Source: an uncultured bacterium (GTDB lineage Bacteria > Patescibacteriota > JAHJAL01). Taken from it: DNA of 64,000 nt. The translations under genes were made by a program, and so were the position numbers. The DNA lies in NCBI GenBank assembly GCA_938004065.1, contig CALKWM010000039.1:65313-129312 (forward strand), given 5' to 3'. Of this stretch, positions 31,409-39,657 are shown in pieces. The notes below the pieces were generated by a model. It was not told where the DNA came from, did not search any database, and saw only the letters and a program-made list of their open reading frames with translations. Within the stretch, counting starts at the first letter, position 1. Each line of letters starts with the position of its first letter.

Positions 31409-32402
31409 GTGTTTATGAATAATCGTATTTTTTTAGATTTGAATACATCCAATATCGCCCCGGGTGGAGGATTTGTTGTATATAAAGAAAATCGTATAAC
31501 GGTAGATGAATGCTGGGGAAATTTTTCAAATTCACAATCTGCCAGTATAGATCAAAATACTATTTTTGATCTGGCGTCGATTACCAAACTTTACACTACC
31601 GCGATTGTTATGCGAATGCATCAAAAATCTATGCTGGATATTGATGATTTGATGTCTAAATATCTCTATATTTATCATCATTCCAATCTAAAAATAATTG
31701 ATTTGCTGACGCATCGGGCGAATTTTGGCATCAGGTTGGGTCAATATCGGGAAAAATTTGGCACAAATTTCAGAGATAAAGTTTTTGACATCAAACCCCC
31801 CCGGCGAATATTGGCAATGGTATTTTTTATGAAAATATCCGCTTCATTCACTTAGGGCGGTTAATAGAGATAGTAAGCGACAAGAGTTTGTCAGAAAATT
31901 TTTATCAATTATTTACCGATTTGGATTTGAACAATACCCATCTTGGTTTCGTCGGGCAAAAAGATTTTATCTCACCACCGACTGAAAAAAAAGGTCAAGA
32001 TATTATCCAGAATGTTACCCACGATGAATCAGCTCGCCTACTCGGTGGTTTGGCCGGCAACGCCGGGGTTTTTGCCAGCATCCTGGATTTGGTCAAGTTT
32101 GGTCAAGCGTGGATTGATGGTAAAATTGTTGATCAAAGATTTTGGACGAATATGTTTATAAAAATTACGATCAAACAAACAAAAGTCCGCAAGCTTTGGG
32201 CTGGTGGATGAGGTTGCCGAGAATTAAATTGACGCTGGATGATTTTTATTCTCACACCGGCTTTACGGGAGGACTGCTTTTTATCCGGCCAAAAAAGAAG
32301 ATAGTAGGAGCTTTTTTGTGTAACAGAACATATTTTGGGAGGAACAATTTTGAGCACATAAAGATTTGGCAAGAAATGGTGAATCTGAGCGAAAATATGT
32401 GA
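31409..32402 (+). pseudogene. Beta-lactamase-family serine hydrolase, disrupted by two frameshifts
   Basis: SxxK active-site motif ASITKLY in frame 2 (31409-31855). The continuation ...GNGIFYENIRFIHLGRLIEIVSDKSL...GGLAGNAGVFASILDL is in frame 1. H-T-G box HTGFTGGLLF is in frame 0 (32142-32402). The first shift coincides with a C7 tract at 31796-31802. Confidence 0.65.
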
Positions 32403-32470
32403 ACACAAATGAAACAGACTACCCGATAAATACGAATGGTTTATTTTTTCTCGATGGAAAAAGCCAACCA

Positions 32471-33190
32471 TTAGTACGGATATTTTCGAATAATTCGAAT
32501 GCTGTCTTCGATAAAACTCTCAAAATCCTGCTTTTTGAGATAAATGTTTTTGATCTTTTTTTGCCAATTAATAAGTTGCGGATAGTTGTGATTCAGAGGA
32601 TATTTTTCATGTACCATTATCCAAGGCCATAACTTGATCATATCCGCTTCCAGGCCGGTCAAACACCAAGAAAATATCTCAGCCAATGACCATTTTTCCC
32701 GATCGGATATTTTGAAATATATGTAGTGGGAATTGAAAATGGTAAAAAAATGGGAAATAAGTAATTCATGAGCGGTAATCTTTCTCATGGTAAAAGGATT
32801 TTCTTTCCATATCCGGGCGATTTTGGGACCGCCCCAATTACTGATACCGACATGATAAAGACTGACCACGCACTCATACTTCGGGTGTTTCCAGGAAAAT
32901 CCGGTAATTTTCTCGGTTGTACAAAAAAATGTATTATTAATCTCGTCCCAATGAGACTGATATGATTTCTGGGTGGAAACCAAGTATTTTTTCAGAATCA
33001 GGAAATCACCGGCGATTAATTCGTCGAGAATCTTTTCCAGACGAGAAGTTTTGATTACTTTGATATTTGGCAAAATTCCTCGAGCCAGCCAGTCGTCGAT
33101 CAATGGCTTCATTCTGGGCTGATCATTCCTCAGAAAATGAAGCAACATGACTTTTTCGTAATCCAAATCAATAATAAATTTTAGTTTCAT
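32471..33190 (-). CDS. Hypothetical protein
   Basis: 239-aa ORF, coding-like. No motif recognised. Confidence 0.4.
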   Translation of the reverse strand: MKLKFIIDLDYEKVMLLHFLRNDQPRMKPLIDDWLARGILPNIKVIKTSRLEKILDELIAGDFLILKKYLVSTQKSYQSHWDEINNTFFCTTEKITGFSWKHPKYECVVSLYHVGISNWGGPKIARIWKENPFTMRKITAHELLISHFFTIFNSHYIYFKISDREKWSLAEIFSWCLTGLEADMIKLWPWIMVHEKYPLNHNYPQLINWQKKIKNIYLKKQDFESFIEDSIRIIRKYPY

Positions 33191-33276
33191 ATTGAGTAAT
33201 TGTTAATGAAATAGATACTATCTTCAGATAAATTTTTACTTTGAAAGCATGTCGCAAGTAAAAAATATAGCTATCT

Positions 33277-33885
33277 TTAAGAATCAGAAACCCTACATTG
33301 ATCGATGATAGAGTGGCGCATAAATCTGTTTTTCGCGATCAGATTTTCAATTTTTCCGTTGGTATATTTTTCTTTGACCAACAAGATCTTGTCAGAGTCT
33401 ACCCAGAGCTTATCAAAAGACACACTATCTTTGGAAAAATATTTTGCTTCAGCCGTGGTTCTGTCAGGATCATGGTCGGGCGATACCATTCCTTTGACAA
33501 TCGAACCACGAAAAGTGACGGCAATAAATGGGCGATCTTTTGAAAGCTCGGCCACAAGTAGGCGCTGAACAGAACATAATAATCCTGTTTCTTCTTTACA
33601 TTCTCTGATTGCGGTTTGATCCAATCGTTCGTTGTCTTTTTGACTTCCTCCCGGAGTCCACCAGAAATTTTCTATCCCTGGAAATTTCCCATCCGGCTGG
33701 CGACGGATCAGCACTACTTCGTCTTTGTAAGTGGCCAAGACAAAAGCGCCAAATTGGTAATCAATATTGTTATCCAGATCTGACATTATGAAATTGGCCA
33801 AGTTTGGATATCCAAACTCATCATATAGCGATAGTAGAAATTTAATTGGTTTCATTGGTACAATATCAAAATATTGATAATACAA
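33277..33885 (-). CDS. NUDIX hydrolase
   Basis: Nudix box GGSQKDNERLDQTAIRECKEETGL (Gx5Ex7REUxEExGU). Confidence 0.75.
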   Translation of the reverse strand: MYYQYFDIVPMKPIKFLLSLYDEFGYPNLANFIMSDLDNNIDYQFGAFVLATYKDEVVLIRRQPDGKFPGIENFWWTPGGSQKDNERLDQTAIRECKEETGLLCSVQRLLVAELSKDRPFIAVTFRGSIVKGMVSPDHDPDRTTAEAKYFSKDSVSFDKLWVDSDKILLVKEKYTNGKIENLIAKNRFMRHSIIDQCRVSDS

Positions 33886-34020
33886 TTATAACTTAATTTT
33901 CGGTCATAAATTTTATAGCGATTATCGATAAATTATCATAATTATTTTTATTTCATTTATTATATCTATTGGACAAGCCTGGGATTTTAATAAATATTAT
34001 TATGCAATATCATGTTTTTG

Positions 34021-34060
34021 GCATTTAAAAAGATCTTTCAAAAATTGAAAGATCTTTTTT
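34021..34060 (-). terminator. Rho-independent terminator of the rSAM-peptide operon
   Basis: On the minus strand a perfect 12-13-bp hairpin (aaagatctttcaa/ttgaaagatcttt) is followed by TTTTT, 15 bp after the peptide stop. Confidence 0.75.
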
Positions 34061-34075
34061 GTTTTTTTGTCTTTA

Positions 34076-34213
34076 TTAGCAACTGCAAACACAAACACAT
34101 GACAAGCAAGTACATTCGGCCGAACCTTGCGCGTCAAGAGTTTGCAGTTTTCCCAATACCACGGATAAATCTTCTGATTTTGGAACTATCAGTCCACTGA
34201 TCGGTTGATCCAT
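34076..34213 (-). CDS. 45-aa six-cysteine RiPP precursor candidate (SCIFF/ranthipeptide-like): MDQPISGLIVPKSEDLSVVLGKLQTLDAQGSAECTCLSCVCVCSC
   Basis: Not in the ORF track because it is under 60 aa. Perfect RBS GGAGGTG 7 nt upstream of the ATG, embedded in the last codons of the rSAM gene (stop TAA TAA then ATG). Leader-like N-terminus and a C-x-C-x2-C-x-C-x-C-x-C core. Terminator immediately after. Confidence 0.6.
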   Translation of the reverse strand: MDQPISGLIVPKSEDLSVVLGKLQTLDAQGSAECTCLSCVCVCSC

Positions 34214-34216
34214 TTA

Positions 34217-35689
34217 TTACACCTCCATACTGTTTTTTTGTTGGATTTCATACAAATCCCACACCAACCATTCACAAATGGTTTTTGTATGAATGCAGAA
34301 GTTTTCATCGGGGATATGCATGTCTCCCTGTCTGATTTCTGAATTGTAAGCACATCCTCCTCCGCACATTCCGATAGCAAAACAATCGTGACACCTGTTC
34401 ATATTGAATGGCGATCGCTGGCTCCATTTTAGAAAAACAGGATCATTTTGAAAGTCAAAATTCTTGTTGAAAACAGTAGTCGGAAAGTTTTTTTTAGTAG
34501 TCACATAAGCTTGGCATGAACCAATTCTACCAATCGGATCCACCACAAATTGGTTTCCATAGCCCGCACAATCGACGAGATGCAGAGTCTTGTTGACAAA
34601 GGCTTTTGCTTTTCTCATTATTCTATCTTCGTAAATACCCAAAATCCGGCAACGTTTGAAACATTTGATCATCATTTCAGTTGCTCGATAACTGTAGTCT
34701 TTACCTAGTTGTAGTTTATCCGGTGTGTCAATTAGCAGATTGAATCCAAATCCTTTGATTTTGAGATCAGATATCATCCAATCAACAACCGATTCCAATA
34801 TGGGTAAGTTTTTTTCATTGATAGTACAAGAGATACCGACATTGACTTGATGCATTTTCAAAGTGTGATAGTTTTTGATTATTTCGTCAAAACTGCCCGA
34901 ACCATTGTGATATATTCTATTAAAATCGTGAACATCTTTTGGCCCGTCTATTGAAAATGAGACATTTATCAAATCCTTATTCATGACAATGCAGTCAATT
35001 ATCTCTTCGGGAAGATATGTACCATTGGTAATAAGTCTGATTTTTGTATCAGCGGACAGTACGCCACCAGTTTTCATCCGTTTTACTTCATTCACTATAC
35101 TGACAACCCCCCGGGTATTCAGTAGAGGCTCCCCTCCATAAAGAATAATCTCGGGATTTGATGTCGATCTATTGGTCGAATTGAGCTGGTCGGCAAATTT
35201 TCGCAGGGCCAGTTTTATGATCTCTTCAGTCATAAAAGTAAATTTATGACTGTTTGATAAACAATTTTCAATGTAGCAATATTTGCACGCCAGATTGCAT
35301 TTATCGGTCAGGAGAAGATTTACTATATTGATTACCGGTCGTTGAAGAAATTTATCGGCAATGGTATTTATTATCCGATTTTCCTCATAAGCATCAGACA
35401 CGATAAAGCCACTGTCGATTAGCAATGAAATATCGTTGCCGATTGTATTTTCAACTGAAATTAACCTGATTGATGAATCTGACAGAGTGTTGTAATATTT
35501 TTTTTCTAGGTAATATGTTTGATGGGTCAAACTATGATACAAACAAACAATATCGTTTTTAAAAAAAGCATGTACAAATTTGGAAAATCTTAGCGATTTT
35601 CCATACGTATTCATTGCTGACAATGACTGATCTTTGGTCGAAATTTTTATACCTTTTGACTTTTCCGTTATAAATGTGCTGTCTGACAT
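34217..35689 (-). CDS. Radical SAM / SPASM-domain peptide maturase
   Basis: CNLACKYCY (Cx3Cx2C) at about residue 120, preceded by a roughly 115-aa N-terminal domain (RRE-like position). C-terminal SPASM Cys clusters (CQAYVTT...CHDCFAIGMCGGGCAYNSE). Confidence 0.85.
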   Translation of the reverse strand: MSDSTFITEKSKGIKISTKDQSLSAMNTYGKSLRFSKFVHAFFKNDIVCLYHSLTHQTYYLEKKYYNTLSDSSIRLISVENTIGNDISLLIDSGFIVSDAYEENRIINTIADKFLQRPVINIVNLLLTDKCNLACKYCYIENCLSNSHKFTFMTEEIIKLALRKFADQLNSTNRSTSNPEIILYGGEPLLNTRGVVSIVNEVKRMKTGGVLSADTKIRLITNGTYLPEEIIDCIVMNKDLINVSFSIDGPKDVHDFNRIYHNGSGSFDEIIKNYHTLKMHQVNVGISCTINEKNLPILESVVDWMISDLKIKGFGFNLLIDTPDKLQLGKDYSYRATEMMIKCFKRCRILGIYEDRIMRKAKAFVNKTLHLVDCAGYGNQFVVDPIGRIGSCQAYVTTKKNFPTTVFNKNFDFQNDPVFLKWSQRSPFNMNRCHDCFAIGMCGGGCAYNSEIRQGDMHIPDENFCIHTKTICEWLVWDLYEIQQKNSMEV

Positions 35690-36070
35690 TTATTACTCCA
35701 CCCCCTTTAAAGTAATTTGACCAGTTTTATTATATTATATTGCAGACAAATTGTTTAGAATTTTGTTGTATAGGAAAAGCGCTCCCGTTCAATATAAACG
35801 AGGCGCTTTGTGAGCAAAAAGCTCGGCAAGTGGAGATGGCCGAGCCTATTTCGAACATATTGAATTATTAGTTAACAGACATTTACCGGCGTTCCAAAAA
35901 TGGGGCGAGTTTATCTTATTGATAAAAAAAGAATGGGAGAATAAGGTATTATCACAAGATTGGCAGGCAAATTTGTCATTCAAATATTAGCGATAAATAA
36001 ATAAGAAGGCCGTGTTTCGAACATTGCATTTGAGATATAATATAAATGTATTATGTTATAACTTTAGTAA

Positions 36071-36394
36071 ATGATTGAATTATTTAATACAGCCGTAAGA
36101 TCACCAGTAATAATAACGTTAACTGTCTTATATTTTCTGACTTCGTCTATTACTACGTTTGATATCAGAATGACTCAAGGGAAATGTGATGGGACCATTC
36201 CCTCCAATGAACAAATGCCACCAAGATGGGTTGCTTTAATTTACTGGATTGATTGGCTGCTTATCATTGCTATATTTTTGCTTAACTGGAAATATGCAGT
36301 ATTAGTTTTTATCGTCAAGTTTATTCTTCAGGTTTTACCAGTTTTGGAGATAGCGGGAAATATTTTAATGTCTCCTTTTAAACGAAAAGGTTAA
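36071..36394 (+). CDS. Island-encoded small membrane protein (hypothetical)
   Basis: 107 aa, 3 hydrophobic helices. Confidence 0.35.
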   Translation: MIELFNTAVRSPVIITLTVLYFLTSSITTFDIRMTQGKCDGTIPSNEQMPPRWVALIYWIDWLLIIAIFLLNWKYAVLVFIVKFILQVLPVLEIAGNILMSPFKRKG

Positions 36395-36400
36395 CGACTT

Positions 36401-36874
36401 ATGACCGAATTAACAAAATTACAGAAATTAATTATTCTACTGTATGCAGGTAATGCATATAGTGCTTATCGAGATAATAGTTTAACTGAATTATTTTCAA
36501 AATCGAAAGCATATTTAGACAAGTATTCCAATCAACCTATGAAACAATATGGCGGCGGTTGTGCGCTTTATATAATGAAACAAGTATTAGCAGGGGAAAT
36601 AAAATATAACGAAAAAGAAATCAGCGATGAACTTAAAAAGGTTTGGTTGTCTATAGCCATAGGATTTGAACTTACAAGCACATCACTTGAATTACCAAAA
36701 TATTTGCTGCCAATCGTAAGACTATTTGCCGCACCACATATTAAAGATAAGGGTTTTTCAGAATGGGTAGCAAAATACAACCAAGAATTATCTGTTTATA
36801 TCAGTTTGATAAATGGCCTTGAAAATATCCAAAAAAATTGCGATGTCCATCAAACTGTTTTTGATAGAAATTAA
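36401..36874 (+). CDS. Island-encoded hypothetical protein
   Basis: 157-aa ORF 6 bp after the previous gene. No motif. Confidence 0.35.
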   Translation: MTELTKLQKLIILLYAGNAYSAYRDNSLTELFSKSKAYLDKYSNQPMKQYGGGCALYIMKQVLAGEIKYNEKEISDELKKVWLSIAIGFELTSTSLELPKYLLPIVRLFAAPHIKDKGFSEWVAKYNQELSVYISLINGLENIQKNCDVHQTVFDRN

Positions 36875-36892
36875 TATATTAATAATAAGTCT

Positions 36893-37385
36893 ATGAGTGA
36901 AGATAACGAACAAAAGGAAAATGACGATTTGCTTGAGTTGGTTAAAACAGCCAAAGATATCGATATTAAAGAAAAGTCTGACAAAAATGATAAGGGATTT
37001 GAAGATAATAAAGGAAATTGGGTCAAATTCAATGAGAAAGAAAAAAGCAGAACTTTCACGGAAAATTAAACCTATAGGCCGGCAGGCGTTATATTCATTG
37101 ATAAGCTGTGATGCAAAAAGCGTGATTGAGAGGCTGAAAGAATTAAGTCAAAGCAAGAATGAAAATGTTGCTTTGGGTGCTTGTAAGGTACTAATTAACA
37201 AGATTTTACCCGATATTAGCAGTATTGGCTTGCTTGATTTACAGTTGGTTGAGCATCAAAAAGGGAATGAAATAATTGATATAGCGGTTGATAGACTAAA
37301 AAAGACGAGTGATGCTTATATTATTGATGAAAATGGCTATTTTAAAAACGAAAAAGATGCTGTCGCTTTTTTAGAAAATAATTAA
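36893..37385 (+). CDS. Island-encoded hypothetical protein, possibly frameshifted at an A-run
   Basis: ATG 36893 opens a 59-aa frame (MSEDNEQKEND...) that ends at 37069. A second frame (MRKKKAELSRK... to 37385) overlaps from about 37036. The junction is at gaaaaaag (about 37040). Confidence 0.3.
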
Positions 37386-37395
37386 GATATATTTT

Positions 37396-37740
37396 ATGGA
37401 ATTAGAAAAAGCTGAAAATATTGTTCGCATTTGGGGTATTTTTCTCGAACATTCTTTTGGCAAATTAAATTTGCTTTTTATGGCTAAAATACCAGACTTC
37501 TTTTTGCCTTTTCCAAAAGAAACAATTGAAGTAGCTGTTAATACTATTGCCGAAATGCATCATAATGCTGGCAATACTGAGGCGGTAAATTCTCTACAGA
37601 GTACTTTGCCATATCTTATTGGTTTTATTGATAATGAACAAGCTATTATAAATGCAGCGAAATTGTTTAAAGACGACAAATATCGGGATAAAATTTTGCC
37701 GGCTTTGAAAAGAAATCAGGATAATTGGATAAATATATAG
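37396..37740 (+). CDS. Island-encoded hypothetical protein
   Basis: 114-aa ORF. Confidence 0.35.
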   Translation: MELEKAENIVRIWGIFLEHSFGKLNLLFMAKIPDFFLPFPKETIEVAVNTIAEMHHNAGNTEAVNSLQSTLPYLIGFIDNEQAIINAAKLFKDDKYRDKILPALKRNQDNWINI

Positions 37741-37776
37741 AAATAATAAAACCAATTTTGCATAATAAGTGTAATT

Positions 37777-38172
37777 ATGAACACTACAAAATATGAAAAT
37801 CTTAAAATGAAGGAAAGATATTTGCCAATATCAGTTAGTGAAATAATGCTGATTGTAGCCGGCGCAATTGTCTTTCTATTACATAATTTAAGTGAATACA
37901 GACTAATATTCATTATTGCAGTTATAGGATTGTATTGGCTTAAAATTAGACTGATTGAAACTAAAATTCAAAATAAAAAACAAGAGATTTATAATGTCTT
38001 CTATGATAAATGTAAACCTGTTGCAATGAAGGTTATAGAGGGCAAAACAAGAATTGCCAGAAAGCCACTCGAGTATGAAATGGACCAATTAGAATTTGAC
38101 AGAAAATGCTTAGTGGATAAGTTTGTAGTTATAAATCTTATTCTAATGATTTTAATTCAATTATTTTTTTAA
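37777..38172 (+). CDS. Island-encoded membrane protein (hypothetical)
   Basis: 131 aa with two TM helices. Confidence 0.35.
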   Translation: MNTTKYENLKMKERYLPISVSEIMLIVAGAIVFLLHNLSEYRLIFIIAVIGLYWLKIRLIETKIQNKKQEIYNVFYDKCKPVAMKVIEGKTRIARKPLEYEMDQLEFDRKCLVDKFVVINLILMILIQLFF

Positions 38173-38250
38173 TTTAATTTGTCAACACCACACTTAACAG
38201 ATATGAACGACGGGGAGTATAAATAAATTATTGTTATTAAGAGGTAAGCA

Positions 38251-38844
38251 ATGGAAAGAATTATACTAATTTGTTTTATTAGTTTACTACTCTTTACTAG
38301 TTTGGGATGTCAAAATCAAACCGCAAATGATAATGATGCAATAAATTCATCTGAAACCGTTTTACAAAAACAAGAAGAGAAAAGCATCTCACAAGAAGAG
38401 CCAATTATTACAACAGAAGAAAAAGAAAATTTATCTGATAGTGAAATAATAACTTCAATAGTAAAAAAAATTGATGATTTTGATATTATGATTGTTGACA
38501 CAAATGGTGAATTTTACATTGACTCACCTGTTCCACCCTATGAAATAATTATTAATTCAACTCCAGAACAGATAATAGATTGTTTTGATGCAAAAAATAA
38601 GTTGGTTGAATTAATGAAAGGACTTTATAAAAATGATAAAGTTGGTAATAAAATTTCCAGAGTAAAATTTTCTGCGTGGGGTCAATTAAGAGCCAGTCTA
38701 GGAAGTGATGACAGTAATGCACTTGATAGCGATCCTGGACCGTCTGTGTATTGGGAGAATACTTTGAAATTTAAACCATATGAAGACGAGGATGGACCAT
38801 TGGAACAGCGGACTTGGGGCGTAAGTATTAATGGGTGTAAATAA
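38251..38844 (+). CDS. Island-encoded lipoprotein (hypothetical)
   Basis: Signal peptide + lipobox SLGC. 197 aa. Confidence 0.4.
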   Translation: MERIILICFISLLLFTSLGCQNQTANDNDAINSSETVLQKQEEKSISQEEPIITTEEKENLSDSEIITSIVKKIDDFDIMIVDTNGEFYIDSPVPPYEIIINSTPEQIIDCFDAKNKLVELMKGLYKNDKVGNKISRVKFSAWGQLRASLGSDDSNALDSDPGPSVYWENTLKFKPYEDEDGPLEQRTWGVSINGCK

Positions 38845-38877
38845 TATTATTTATCATTTTTTTACTAAATTATAATT

Positions 38878-39576
38878 ATGAAACAAGCGAAATTATTGCT
38901 ATTCTCCTTTCTGATGATTGTTTTGGTTGGGACGGGTATCACCTATGCGGTAACATCAAATCTACCACAGGAGGAGGCATCAGAGACTGATTATGTGTAT
39001 CGTTTTTGGTCCGATGTATTTCACGGCCATTTCTTTACCATAGACTATGACGAAGCCACAAAGGTTAAAAACACTGACTCTAATTGGAATTATGAAAAAG
39101 TGGCGTTTAGTGCTTATAAAACACAGCAAAGCGATACTATACCTCTATATAGGTTTTGGTCTGATGTGTTCAAGGGTCATTTTTATACTGCTGATGAGAG
39201 CGAGTATTTGAAAGTTAAAAATACTGATAGTAATTGGAAATATGAATGGATTGCTTATTATGTTTACCCACTAACTTACAGCGGTCCGGTAGAGACTGAA
39301 ACTGTATTTCGTTTTTGGAGTCCGGTATTTTTGCATCACTTCTATACTTCAGATGAAAATGAAATGAACAAAGTTAAAAACACTGATAGTAACTGGACTT
39401 ATGAAGGACCGGCATTTAAGGTGCCTAAACAAGAATTTACTAGTATTAGTTGCGATAAACGATGCGATGAGATGATTAGTTGTCAGGAAGCATATTGGTA
39501 TCTTAATGATGTGGGTTGTGGCGACAAAGACCAAGATAACGATGGCATACCTTGCGAAGAGATTTGTGGAGGATAG
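38878..39576 (+). CDS. Secreted protein with three roughly 45-aa repeats and a C-terminal Excalibur calcium-binding domain
   Basis: Signal peptide. Three copies of YRFWSDVFxGHFYTxDxxExxKVKNTDSNWxYE. C-terminal CDKRCDEMISCQEAYWYLNDVGCGDKDQDNDGIPCEEIC (Excalibur Cys pattern with DxDxDG loop). Confidence 0.55.
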   Translation: MKQAKLLLFSFLMIVLVGTGITYAVTSNLPQEEASETDYVYRFWSDVFHGHFFTIDYDEATKVKNTDSNWNYEKVAFSAYKTQQSDTIPLYRFWSDVFKGHFYTADESEYLKVKNTDSNWKYEWIAYYVYPLTYSGPVETETVFRFWSPVFLHHFYTSDENEMNKVKNTDSNWTYEGPAFKVPKQEFTSISCDKRCDEMISCQEAYWYLNDVGCGDKDQDNDGIPCEEICGG

Positions 39577-39657
39577 ATATTTATAAATACAGTAAAAGAA
39601 TATTTAACCATCTCAAATGCGAGGTGGTTAAATTATAATTGATACATACATTATTAT

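Noticed and set aside
30486-32195. 16-bp identity aattacgatcaaacaa shared by the proS 3' end (30486-30501) and the hydrolase pseudogene (32164-32179)
   Set aside because: In AT-rich DNA a single 16-mer coincidence of this composition within 64 kb is not improbable. The flanking similarity decays quickly and no rearrangement signature was seen.
34012-34200. 62-aa plus-strand ORF in the ORF track
   Set aside because: Opposite strand of the RBS-supported 45-aa Cys-rich peptide gene and its terminator. No RBS and no coherent composition.
35770-35860. Two adjacent GC hairpins (gcgctcccg...cgaggcgc; gctcggc...gccgagc) as a possible small RNA
   Set aside because: The second hairpin is formed by the left att-like direct repeat itself, and there is no terminator T-run or promoter context I could support. 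More likely recombination-site structure.
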